Of a stretch of 64,000 nt of DNA, positions 8,504 through 17,789 are shown in pieces (position 1 is the first letter of the stretch; each line of letters begins with the position of its first letter). The notes beneath the pieces are model-generated. The model made no database searches and was not told where the DNA came from. It saw only the letters and a program-made list of their open reading frames with translations. The stretch comes from an uncultured Actinomycetes bacterium (GTDB taxonomy: Bacteria; Actinomycetota; Acidimicrobiia; Acidimicrobiales; JACDEA01), in the NCBI GenBank assembly GCA_963742585.1, contig CAVUMI010000005.1:172984-236983 (forward strand), read 5' to 3'. Position numbers and translations under genes: made by a program.

Positions 8504-9329
8504 GTGCGAGTGTGTGATACTGGACACATTCGTACGTCCCGAGCCTTCGGCGCCGCCGTGGCAGTGATGCTCGCCTCGTTGGCCGGCGCTGGCGTCGCCG
8601 TCGCGCAGGAGATCCCGCGCCCCCCACCTGAAGCCCTTCCCGCGCTCGAGGCCGCCGGCCCGATCACCTGGACCGTGTGCAACGGGCCGAACCAGGTGCT
8701 CGGCACCTTGAGCAGCGTGCAGCCCCTCATCCCCGTCGCACTGCCGGTCAACCCCGGCGACGTCCTCACGCCGCTGACACCGGTCACCGCGACCTTCTAC
8801 GACGCCTGCGCCCTCTTCCCGATGCCGCCACCGCTGCCGGTCTGCACCGCCGACGCGCCGTTCGCCGCACTGGCCGCGATCGGCGCCCCGGTGTCCGGTC
8901 GCGGTCGTGGTCCTGCAGGTCGGCGCGCTCGAGAATCTCGCGTCGACCGGGGGCACGGTGGCCGGCACGCTCGCGGAACAGGGCGGGTGCACCAAAGCAC
9001 CGGCGCCGCCGGCACCGCCTTCGGGCGACGCCGGTGGTCAGTCGGCCAGCGCACCGGGCAAGGTGAACGACGTCTCTTTCACGGGCGGCGCACTGGCGGT
9101 CGACGCCGCGCAACTCGGCGGCGCGCTCGGCGCGCTACCTATCACCGGGTCGAGCGGGTCGGGCTTCGCCGATGCGCAACTGGCCGTCGACGCCGCCTTC
9201 CCGGAGCCGCCCCGGCGGTTCGCGACGTGGGTCCTGAGCTTCATGATTCTCGCCGGCGCCGCACTAGCCACGGCGGCGACGGTGATCGGCGGGCGGCTAC
9301 GTCAGAGGAGTTCGGCCAGCCCGCGGTAA
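8504..9329 (+). pseudogene. secreted, C-terminally membrane-anchored protein, one +1 frameshift near 8894
   Basis: Signal peptide AFGAAVAVMLASLAGAGVAVAQE is in ORF 8504. The readable peptide continues in ORF 8907 (...VAVVVLQVGALENLASTGG...) and ends with the TM helix WVLSFMILAGAALATAATVIGGRLRQR. Frames step 2>0. Confidence 0.55.
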
Positions 9330-10060
9330 TCGTCGAGCCGGGCGTCGTCGGGATCGAGTTCGGTTACCAGAAGGTCGATGTCCTCCCACGCCATGCTGCG
9401 CGCCACTGACCGCCCGGCCAGCTTGGTGGAGTCGACCGCCAGTACGACCTCGCCGGCGACTCCCGAGAGCGCCCGCTTCACCTCCGCCTCCTCGAGACAC
9501 GGCTCGCTCGGACCGAACTCGACGTCGACGGCGGCGGCGGAGATGAACAGCCGGCTCATGAGCAGGCTGCCGGCGGCGCGGTAGGCGATCGGGCCCACGA
9601 GGCTGCCGGTGCGGGCGTCGAGTTCGCCCCCGGTGAGCATCGGGGTGACGCCGGCCTTTCCCTGCAAGGCGTGGAATGTCTCCCAGCCGTTGGTGAGGAC
9701 GATGAGATCGCGGCGGCTATCGATGGCGGTTGCCAACCGCAACAACGTGGAGGATGCATCGATCCCGATTGCACCGTTGGCGGGCACGAGGTCGATGAGC
9801 TTGGCGGCGATCTTGGCCTTGGCCCGGGCTCGGCTCTTGTGGCGGTCGGCGAAGGCCATTGGGCCGACGGCCACCGCGCCGCCCCGCACGCGGCGGGCGA
9901 CTCCCTGCGCCTCGAGCTCTTGGAGGTCGCGCCGGATCGTCATCTCGCTGACGTCGAGCTCGGTGGCGGCGCTGGCGATGCGGATCTGGCCGTGCTCGTC
10001 GAGGTGCTGGCGGATCCAGAGGAGCCGGCCCTCCGTCGCCAGGTTCCCGCTCACGCTCAC
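9302..10060 (-). CDS. DeoR-family transcriptional regulator (probable rhamnose regulon repressor)
   Basis: N-terminal HTH IASAATELDVSEMTIRRDLQELEAQG plus a DeoR C-terminal sugar-phosphate sensor domain. It is divergent from the rha operon. Confidence 0.9.
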   Translation of the reverse strand: MSVSGNLATEGRLLWIRQHLDEHGQIRIASAATELDVSEMTIRRDLQELEAQGVARRVRGGAVAVGPMAFADRHKSRARAKAKIAAKLIDLVPANGAIGIDASSTLLRLATAIDSRRDLIVLTNGWETFHALQGKAGVTPMLTGGELDARTGSLVGPIAYRAAGSLLMSRLFISAAAVDVEFGPSEPCLEEAEVKRALSGVAGEVVLAVDSTKLAGRSVARSMAWEDIDLLVTELDPDDARLDDYRGLAELL

Positions 10061-10082
10061 GGAGCGACTTTACCGGGTTCCG

Positions 10083-10112
10083 TTGTCACATTGGTTTACG
10101 TTCTTGTAGCAT
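10083..10112 (+). promoter_or_regulatory. candidate promoter of the rha operon (TTGTCA-18 nt-TAGCAT)
   Basis: AT-rich spacer between the DeoR gene and rhaEW. -35 at 10083-10088 and -10 at 10107-10112. The ATG at 10128 would leave a very short leader. Confidence 0.35.
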
Positions 10113-10127
10113 TTCTCGTAATCGAAC

Positions 10128-12167
10128 ATGCCGTCGACCGAGCCCGTCACGTCCGAGATTGATGCCCTGTTGGCGCGGTCCCGCGCCCTGGGGGCCGACA
10201 AGCGGGTCACGAACTACGGCGGCGGCAATACGTCATGCAAGGCCGCGGAGGTCGATCCCGTCACGGGTGACAGCCGCGACGTTCTCTATGTGAAGGGCTC
10301 CGGCGGTGACCTGGGCACGCTCACCGCCGAGGGACTGTCCGCCCTCGCACTCGATCGGATCAGGGCGCTGAAGCAACGCTTCGCCGGCGACGACGACGCC
10401 ATGGTCGAGTTGCTGGAGCACTGTTGGCTACGTGGCTCGGCCCCGTCGATCGACACCGCCATGCACGGGCTCCTCACACCCGCCCACGTCGATCATCTAC
10501 ACCCGGACGCGGTCATCGCCCTCGCCGCGGCCGCCGACGGCGAGGTGCTGGTGAAGGAGTGCTACGGCGAAGAGGTGGCGTGGGTGCCATGGCGGCGTCC
10601 GGGCTTCGAACTCGCGCTCCAGATCGAGGCCCTGCACGCCGAGCACCCCGCACTGCGCGGCGTCGTGCTCGGTGGTCACGGCCTCACAACCTGGGGGGCG
10701 ACGTCGGAGGACTGCCAGGCGGCTTCGCTCGCACTCATTGCTCGTGCGGTGGCCTTCATTGCCGAGCGGGGCCGGGCCGAGCCTTTCGGCGCCATCGTGC
10801 CCGGCCTCGAAGGATTGCCCGTCGCCGAGCGCCGCCGCGCCGCCGCGGAACTGGCTCCCGCCATTCGCGCCCTGGCCGGCCGCGACGCGGCGGTGGTCGG
10901 TCACTTCGACGACTCCGATGTGGTGCTCGACTTCCTCGCCCGCGAAGCGGCACCCCGGCTCGTGGCGCTGGGCACGTCGTGCCCTGACCACTTCATCCGT
11001 ACGCGTGTCCGGCCGTTGCTGCTCGACTTACCGCCCGGCGTTGAGCCCGAAACACGCACCGAGCGACTGCGCGAGCTGCATGACACGTACCGCGGCGAGT
11101 ACGCCGCCTACTACCAGCGCCACGCCGCGGCCGGCGATCCGCCGATGCGCGCCGCCGACCCGGCCATCGTGCTGGTTCCTGGCGTGGGCATGTTCAGCTT
11201 CGGCGCCGATGCGCAGACGGCGCGCCTGGCTGGCGAGTTCTACATCAACGCCATAAACGTGATGCGCGGCGCTGAGGCGCTCTCCACCTATGACCCGGTG
11301 CCCGAGGCCGAGAAGTTCCGCATCGAATACTGGGCGCTCGAGGAGGCGAAGCTGCGCCGCCGCCCTGCACCCCGGCCGCTCACTGGGCGGGTGGCGGTGG
11401 TCACCGGCGCGGGTTCCGGCATCGGCCGAGCGATCGCCGAACGTTTGGCGGCCGAAGGCGCAGCGGTTGTAGTTGCCGATCTCGATCCCGCGGCAGCGGC
11501 CGATGTCGCGACCGGTCTGGGAGATCGCGATGTCGCAGTGGCTGTCGCCATGGACGTTTGCGACGCGGAGGCGATTCGTGCCGGCTTCAACGCCGCCGCC
11601 ATCGCCTTCGGTGGTGTCGACCTCGTCGTGAACAATGCCGGGTTGTCGATTTCCGAGTCGCTGCTCGACACGTCGGTAGACGACTGGGATCGCCAGCACG
11701 ACGTGATGGCGCGGGGCTCGTTCCTCGTGAGCCAGGCCGCGGCCCGCATGATGATCGAGCAGGGTCGGGGCGGCGACATCGTGTACGTCGTGTCGAAGAA
11801 CGCCATCGTGGCCGGGCCCAACAACGTCGCCTATTCGTCGGCCAAAGCCGATCAAGCGCATCAGGTGCGGTTGCTAGCCGCTGAGTTGGGCGTGCACGGC
11901 ATCCGCGTCAACGGCGTCAACCCCGACGGGGTCGTGCGGGGCTCGGGCATCTTCGCCAACGGCTGGGGCGCCGAGCGGGCCAAGGTCTACGGCGTGCCTG
12001 AGGCCGACCTCGGGCAGTACTACGCGTCGCGCACACTGTTGAAGACCGAGATCGTGCCCGAGCACGTCGCCGCCGCCGTCTTCGCGCTGGTCGGCGGCGA
12101 TCTCGGTGTCACGACAGGAACGCTCATTCCGGTCGACGGCGGCGTGCCAGCTGCGTTCCTACGCTGA
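10128..12167 (+). CDS. rhaEW: bifunctional L-rhamnulose-1-phosphate aldolase / L-lactaldehyde dehydrogenase (class II aldolase fused to SDR)
   Basis: 679 aa. N-terminal class II aldolase/adducin-like half and a C-terminal SDR (VAVVTGAGSGIGRAIA...YSSAKAD). It lies next to rhaI and rhaB, as in actinobacterial rhamnose loci. Confidence 0.9.
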   Translation: MPSTEPVTSEIDALLARSRALGADKRVTNYGGGNTSCKAAEVDPVTGDSRDVLYVKGSGGDLGTLTAEGLSALALDRIRALKQRFAGDDDAMVELLEHCWLRGSAPSIDTAMHGLLTPAHVDHLHPDAVIALAAAADGEVLVKECYGEEVAWVPWRRPGFELALQIEALHAEHPALRGVVLGGHGLTTWGATSEDCQAASLALIARAVAFIAERGRAEPFGAIVPGLEGLPVAERRRAAAELAPAIRALAGRDAAVVGHFDDSDVVLDFLAREAAPRLVALGTSCPDHFIRTRVRPLLLDLPPGVEPETRTERLRELHDTYRGEYAAYYQRHAAAGDPPMRAADPAIVLVPGVGMFSFGADAQTARLAGEFYINAINVMRGAEALSTYDPVPEAEKFRIEYWALEEAKLRRRPAPRPLTGRVAVVTGAGSGIGRAIAERLAAEGAAVVVADLDPAAAADVATGLGDRDVAVAVAMDVCDAEAIRAGFNAAAIAFGGVDLVVNNAGLSISESLLDTSVDDWDRQHDVMARGSFLVSQAAARMMIEQGRGGDIVYVVSKNAIVAGPNNVAYSSAKADQAHQVRLLAAELGVHGIRVNGVNPDGVVRGSGIFANGWGAERAKVYGVPEADLGQYYASRTLLKTEIVPEHVAAAVFALVGGDLGVTTGTLIPVDGGVPAAFLR

Positions 12168-12180
12168 GCGAGGAGGACCG

Positions 12181-13464
12181 ATGATCAACAGCGAGCGCAT
12201 CGCCGAACATAACGCCGAGGCCGGACGTCACCTGGACGGCGACGTTGCCCACACCGCCGACGTGGTCGGGCGCTGGGGGATCGACGCGGCGGCGGTGATC
12301 GATGCGGTCGCCGCGTTCTCGGTGGCCGCACCATCGTGGGCGGTGGGCACCGGCGGAACCCGCTTCGGACGCTTTCCGATCGCCGGCGAACCGCGCACGA
12401 CGTTCGAGAAGGTCGACGACGTCGCCGCGCTGAATTCAGTCACCGGCGCCAGCCGCACGATCAGCCTGCACGTGCCGTGGGATGACCCCGACGATCCTGA
12501 TGCGCTCCGCGAGTACGCGGCGGCACGTGGTATCGGGTTCGACGCCATGAACTCGAACACGTTCCAGGACAACCCGTCGACCACGGCCAACGGCGCGGTG
12601 TCCTACAAGTTCGGCAGCCTGGCCAACGTCGACGAGGGCGCGCGCAAAGCGGCGGTCGAGCACAACGTGGCGGTGGTCGACCTGGGCGTGCGCCTGGGGT
12701 CGAAGGCCATCACCGTCTGGCTGGCCGACGGCATGAATCATCCGGGCCAAGCCAGTTTCCGCGGCCAGTTCGAGCGGGTGCTCGACGGCCTGCAGCAAAT
12801 CCATGCACACCTTCCCGCCGATTGGTTGATGTTCACCGAGCACAAGCCGTTCGAGCCGGCCTTCTACTCGTCGGTCAACAACGACTGGGGTTCCTCGCTG
12901 TTACTGGCGCAGGGTGCCGGCGATCGCTGTCGCTGTCTGGTCGACCTCGGTCACCACTTGCCGAACACCAACATCGAGCAGGTCGTGAGTCGCCTGGCCA
13001 TGGCCGGCCGGCTGGGCGGGTTCCACTTCAACGACTCCAAGTACGGCGACGACGACCTCACCGTCGGTTCGATCACGCCGTACCAGCTGTTCTTGATCTT
13101 CCTCGAGCTCCTTGAGGCGGGCGGGAACTCTATGCCACCGCTCGCCTACATGATCGATGAGAGCCACAACTTGAAGGACCCACTCGAGGACCTGATCCAG
13201 GCCACCGACGCCATCCAGCACACGCTCGCGCTGGCCCTGTGCGTGTCGCGCGACGACTTGATCGACGCGCAGCAGGCCAACGATCCGGCCCGCGCCGCCG
13301 ACGTTTTGCACCGGGCCTTCCGCACCGATGTCCGGCCTTTGGTGGCTGAGGCGCGGCGGCGGAACGGCGCCGCAGTGGATCCACTCGCCGCCTACCGCAC
13401 GTCGGGCTACCGCGCCGCCACTGTGGCTGAGCGCGGCGCGTCGGGCGCCGCCACCGGTCTGTAA
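12181..13464 (+). CDS. rhaI: L-rhamnose isomerase, xylose-isomerase-like TIM-barrel type
   Basis: ATG 12181 is preceded by GAGGAGGA. FSVAAPSWAVGTGGTRFGRFPIAGEPRT...ISLHVPWD matches the Pseudomonas stutzeri-type L-RhI signature. Confidence 0.9.
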   Translation: MINSERIAEHNAEAGRHLDGDVAHTADVVGRWGIDAAAVIDAVAAFSVAAPSWAVGTGGTRFGRFPIAGEPRTTFEKVDDVAALNSVTGASRTISLHVPWDDPDDPDALREYAAARGIGFDAMNSNTFQDNPSTTANGAVSYKFGSLANVDEGARKAAVEHNVAVVDLGVRLGSKAITVWLADGMNHPGQASFRGQFERVLDGLQQIHAHLPADWLMFTEHKPFEPAFYSSVNNDWGSSLLLAQGAGDRCRCLVDLGHHLPNTNIEQVVSRLAMAGRLGGFHFNDSKYGDDDLTVGSITPYQLFLIFLELLEAGGNSMPPLAYMIDESHNLKDPLEDLIQATDAIQHTLALALCVSRDDLIDAQQANDPARAADVLHRAFRTDVRPLVAEARRRNGAAVDPLAAYRTSGYRAATVAERGASGAATGL

Positions 13465-13469
13465 GCACG

Positions 13470-14768
13470 TTGCTGCGCGTCGCGGCGGTCGATCTCGGCG
13501 CCACCTCGGCGCGTGTCGCCGTCGTCGATCTCGAACGCGAGCCCTTGGTCGCCGAAGTCGTTCACCGTCATCACCATCAGCCCGTCGTGTGGCGGGACGG
13601 CACGTTGCGGTGGGACTGGTTGCGGTTGGTTGACGAGGTCGAGCTGGGGCTGAGCCGCGCGCTCGACGGTGGGCCGCTGGAGTCCATCGGTATCGATACG
13701 TGGGGTGTCGACTACGGCCTGCTCGACGCGAGTGGGTCATTGGTAGCGCCGCCGTTTGCGTATCGCGACGCGCGGACCGCGGGATGGGAAGCATTCGCCG
13801 ACCGCTTGGGCCGCGAGCGTCTCTACCGCACGACGGGAATCCAACTCCTGGCGGTCAACACGGTGTTCCAGCTGGCCGTGCATCCGCGCAAGGAGCTCGC
13901 GGCAGCAACGTCACTTCTGCTGTTGCCCGAGCTGTTGGTCCACCACTTGACCGGCGTGATCACCGGCGAGGTCACGAGCGCGGGAACGACTGCGTTGGTT
14001 GATATCGACACCGGTACATGGTCAGCGGACCTGCTCGCCGACGTCGGTGTGGATGCGGAACTGTTCCCCCCGATCGCCCGGGCGGGGAACCGGGTCGGCG
14101 CGTGGCGCGGCGTTCCGGTGCATCTGGTGGGCGGCCACGACACCGCGTCGGCGGTGGCGGCGCGACCCGCCTATGCGCCGACGGCCAGCGCGTTCGTCTC
14201 GGCGGGCACCTGGCTGCTGGTCGGTGCTGAGCGCCCGGCGCCGGACACATCGGAGGCGGCGCGGCTCGGCAACTTCTCCAACGAGCCCGCCGTGCTCGGC
14301 GGCGTCCGCTTCCTCAAGAACGTCAACGGCCTGTGGTTGCTCGAACGGTGTCGCGCCGCGTGGGGCGACCCGCCGGTCGCTCAGCTGGTCGCGGACGCGG
14401 CCGCGATCCGACCGGGCGGGCCGATCGTCGACCCCAATGACGCCCGCTTCGTCAACCCCGCGGACATGGAAGCCGAGATCCGCGCCGCCGCCGGCTTGGG
14501 CCGTACCGCGAGTCGCGACGTCGTGGTGCGTTGCATCCTCGACTCGCTGGCCGTCGCCACCGCCGGCGTTGTCGCCGAACTCGCCACCTTCCTCGGCGAG
14601 CCGGTGAGGCGGATCGACATGATCGGCGGCGGCGGTCAGATCCCTCTACTCGTCGACCTCATCGCCGACGCCACGGGCGCCGACCTCGAGGTCGGCCCCG
14701 CCGAAGCCACCGCCATCGGCAACGCCATCGTCCAAGGCAATGCCCTGTCCGGCGCGCTCAATCCTTAG
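13470..14768 (+). CDS. rhaB: rhamnulokinase (FGGY carbohydrate kinase)
   Basis: TTG start. The N-terminus AAVDLGATSARVAVV and the motif GIDTWGVDYGLLD are present, and length and context fit rhaB. Confidence 0.9.
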   Translation: MLRVAAVDLGATSARVAVVDLEREPLVAEVVHRHHHQPVVWRDGTLRWDWLRLVDEVELGLSRALDGGPLESIGIDTWGVDYGLLDASGSLVAPPFAYRDARTAGWEAFADRLGRERLYRTTGIQLLAVNTVFQLAVHPRKELAAATSLLLLPELLVHHLTGVITGEVTSAGTTALVDIDTGTWSADLLADVGVDAELFPPIARAGNRVGAWRGVPVHLVGGHDTASAVAARPAYAPTASAFVSAGTWLLVGAERPAPDTSEAARLGNFSNEPAVLGGVRFLKNVNGLWLLERCRAAWGDPPVAQLVADAAAIRPGGPIVDPNDARFVNPADMEAEIRAAAGLGRTASRDVVVRCILDSLAVATAGVVAELATFLGEPVRRIDMIGGGGQIPLLVDLIADATGADLEVGPAEATAIGNAIVQGNALSGALNP

Positions 14769-14827
14769 GACTCTGTCGCCGACACGCGTCGCGAGATCGG
14801 CACGTTCCGGATGGTTCCGATGGCCTT

Positions 14828-14870
14828 TTGATTGGATCTTTCCGTCGCCCGAACGGAGAGATCCAATCAG
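14828..14870. terminator. bidirectional stem-loop between convergent rhaB and HNH relic
   Basis: ttgattggatctttccgt / cgcccga / acggagagatccaatcag forms an 18-nt stem (two mismatches, one terminal) with a 7-nt loop. There is no U-tract on either strand (I-shaped type). Confidence 0.5.
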
Positions 14871-14936
14871 AAGCCGCCGCTGACGAGGTAGCGCAGATTG
14901 CCGGGTCTCGCGCACCTACTCCGCCGCGCTGAATCC

Positions 14937-16130
14937 TCAGGACACCAGCAGTTGTCGCTGCGCCATGGGTCCCGCGGGGTAGCTCGAATAGACCCGGTGA
15001 CCGGGGTCGGTGATGTGGAGCGTGCCGTCGGGCTCCAGGCGCTCGGTCCACCCGAGCTTGCGGCGTTTATGCCACAGATGGTGGTGGCGGACACAGCGCA
15101 GGACGCTGTTCTCAAGGCTGGTGACGCCGCCTTCGTCCCACACATCGACGTGATGGGCATCGCACCAGCTCGGCGGCCGGTCACAGCCCGGTTCGCGGCA
15201 GTGGCCGTCGCGCAGGGCGATGGCGTTGAACAGATCAGGTGGCGCGGTGCGCACCGAGCGGCCGTAGTCGAGGATCGCCGAGCGACCGGACTTCAGTACC
15301 CGGTGCAGGTTGCAGTCACAGAGGATCGACTCGATGACCGCGGCCGGCGCGGGGGAGCCGTCGATGAAGCGCCCGGGCAGGCCGGCGTCGAGGTCTCCAC
15401 ATCGGCCACCAGGTTCAGGTGCGGGCGGTGGCGGCCACCGCGCTTGGTGCGCTGGTTGTCCAAGAAGTACTGGCAGATATCGATGAGCGCGTCGGCCCGG
15501 CGTTCCTTGGCCGTGCGGGTCTCGGTCTCTGCGTCGGTGGTGGTGGCAAGTGCCAGGGCGGCGTCGATGACCTGGCCCGGGGCATCGTCATAGGAGCCCC
15601 GCAGCTCGCGCCGGCCACCAAAGGTGCGGGAGAACGACAGCTCGCGGGAGGTCTCGCGTTCGCCGGGCCCCTCATCGAGGGCATCGGCGCGCAGACGCCA
15701 GTCGTTCATGGTCGAGCTGGTGTCGGCCACCGACAGCGGCACCAGGCGGGGGATCAGCTCTTCCTCGTGGGAGGCGAAGAGGCCGACCCGGCGCTGCCGA
15801 GACATTGGCCACGATGGCGCGGACCTGGGAGCCCGACAGCGCACCTGTTTCCCAGGCCGCGGCGGTCACCGGTAACTCGGCTACCCGGGCCGAAACGGTG
15901 GTCAAGGTCTTGGCCGAGCCCCCGGCCATGCGCCCGTGCTCGCGGAGCCAGGAGACCATGGAGACCGCGCCCTCGATCTGCCACTCGCCCGAGTCGGCCA
16001 CCGCGTCGATGGCCGGCGCCAGCTTGGCCTCGAGCCGACTCACCAGCGCGAAGTACTGGCGCAGGCCATCGCAACTCCGCGGCACCTCGAGGTCCTCCAT
16101 CACATCTGCGAGTTCCTCGAGGTCCATCAC
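14937..16130 (-). pseudogene. HNH endonuclease with DUF222 N-terminal domain (REP13E12-like), two frameshifts
   Basis: The readable peptide runs through three frames. ORF 15672..16130 holds DUF222, ORF 15293..15844 the middle, and ORF 14937..15254 the end, with RDGHCREPGCDRPPSWCDAHHV...RCVRHHHLWH. There is one insertion near 15805 and one G deletion near 15397 (gtggag-acctc). Confidence 0.75.
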
Positions 16131-16450
16131 CTCATCGTATGCGAACGTGTGTTCGATTGCAAGGATTTCGAGCCTACAAATAGAGGGAAAATTTCACCGC
16201 GCGGCGACCAATCCGTCGGGGTCGACACCACGCCAGCCGTGGACTCCCCACCGCCACACCCGGCCTCGACGGAGCGCAGCCGAACGCACGGACCGCCGCG
16301 GCACGATGGCGCTGAAGCTCCAACCCATCCGCACGTCGCTCGTCGACCACGCCATTGCTCCTGACAGTTTCGCCGGCTTGTCGCGTGTTTTGAGTCGATG
16401 TTAACTAATGGGGGATTGATCGAAAGCTCACATCGGCGTACGCTTCTTGC

Positions 16451-17275
16451 GTGCTGCGAGAGTTGCCCGATCTCACCGAGCCGTACACGGTGACGCCGGA
16501 GAAGGTGCACGAATTCCGCGAGAAAGGCCACACGTTGTTGCGGCAGGTGGCCGCGCCCGACGAGATCGCATCGTGGGGTCCCTACATCCGCGAAGTGGCG
16601 CTGGCCAACTCGCCAGAGGACCGACCGCTCGAGCAACGGGACACGCTCCTCACCAAGGCCTTCCTGCAGATCCAGAACCTCTGGTGGGTTGACGAGGGCA
16701 TGCGTCGATTCAGCCTGGCGGAACGGTTCGGCCGTATCGCCGCCGATCTGCTCGGCGTCGACGCCGTGCGCATGTATCACGACCAAGCGATCTTCAAGGA
16801 GCCCGGCGGCGCGCTCACGCCGTGGCACCAGGACCAGTACTACTTCCCGCTCGACCGTGACGACATTCTCACGATGTGGATGCCGCTCACCGACGTGACG
16901 CCCGAGATGGGGAGCCTCGTCTACGCGTCGGGTAGCCACAAGCTCGGCTACCTGGGCGAGTTCGAAGCGTCCGAGGAGTCGGAGCGCGTCTTCCAGCAAA
17001 TGATCGTGGACACGGGCATGCAGCTGGAGAGTCCCGGGCCGATGGCAGCGGGCGACGCCACGTTTCACGCCAGCTGGACGCTGCACGGCGCGCCGGCGAA
17101 TCCCACCGATCAGATGCGTGCCGCGATGACGGTGATCTGGTTCGCCGACGGGCTGCGCGGTATCGAGCCCGAGCACGAGTGGCATCAGAAGGATTACGAC
17201 AAGTGGATGCCCGACGTGAGGCCGGGCCAGCTTGCTGCCGGTCGACTCAACCCGCTCGTTTGGCGCCGGTCGTAA
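16451..17275 (+). CDS. phytanoyl-CoA dioxygenase (PhyH) family Fe(II)/2-oxoglutarate oxygenase
   Basis: 274 aa. ...GALTPWHQDQYYFPL... supplies the HxD motif and ...FHASWTLHGAP... the distal His. Confidence 0.85.
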   Translation: MLRELPDLTEPYTVTPEKVHEFREKGHTLLRQVAAPDEIASWGPYIREVALANSPEDRPLEQRDTLLTKAFLQIQNLWWVDEGMRRFSLAERFGRIAADLLGVDAVRMYHDQAIFKEPGGALTPWHQDQYYFPLDRDDILTMWMPLTDVTPEMGSLVYASGSHKLGYLGEFEASEESERVFQQMIVDTGMQLESPGPMAAGDATFHASWTLHGAPANPTDQMRAAMTVIWFADGLRGIEPEHEWHQKDYDKWMPDVRPGQLAAGRLNPLVWRRS

Positions 17276-17285
17276 CCGGGGTGGC

Positions 17286-17789
17286 GTGAGGCGGGCGACG
17301 CTCTTCTTCCTGTGCGCGGCGACGCTGCTGGCCGCCTGCAACACGCGCGGGTACGCGTTCAGGGTCGACGAGAGCATTGACTTCACCGGCCCGAAGGCGC
17401 GGGCCACCGTGAACCTGCCCGTCACCATCACCTGGGCCGACGAGAAAGCACCGGCCACGCTCCGGGCCGACTTCAGGGATCCGACCGCCGAGTACTACGG
17501 CGTGTTCGTCGACCGGGCACCGATCGGGCCCGGCAAGCGACTGACCTCGCTGGTTCCCGACGACGACTCCTGCCGCCGCACTCCCGGCTGTCCCGGTGAG
17601 GCCTACTTCCGCGATCGCGACGTCTTCCTCACCGCGTCGCCGGCGCTGACGCTCGAACTGCTCGACGACCTCCGCCCGACCAACCGGGGCACCAGCAAGG
17701 ATCCCCACGAAGTCACCGTCGTCCGGATGCGCGGCGAGCGCCGGGTCGGCGAGGCCGCGTTCCGCCTCAACTTCTTCGTCCGCCGATGA
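17286..17789 (+). CDS. lipoprotein of unknown function
   Basis: GTG 17286 gives VRRATLFFLCAATLLAAC with lipobox LLAAC. Its stop overlaps the next ATG (ATGA). Confidence 0.6.
   Translation: MRRATLFFLCAATLLAACNTRGYAFRVDESIDFTGPKARATVNLPVTITWADEKAPATLRADFRDPTAEYYGVFVDRAPIGPGKRLTSLVPDDDSCRRTPGCPGEAYFRDRDVFLTASPALTLELLDDLRPTNRGTSKDPHEVTVVRMRGERRVGEAAFRLNFFVRR

Noticed and set aside
16131-16450. The 320-bp gene-free gap upstream of the PhyH gene, examined for a tRNA, riboswitch or small RNA.
   Set aside because: I saw no T-loop/GTTCGA-type tRNA signature, no extended conserved-looking helices and no terminator. It is most simply the 5' flank of the decayed HNH element plus the PhyH promoter. A covariance-model scan would be needed to exclude an ncRNA.
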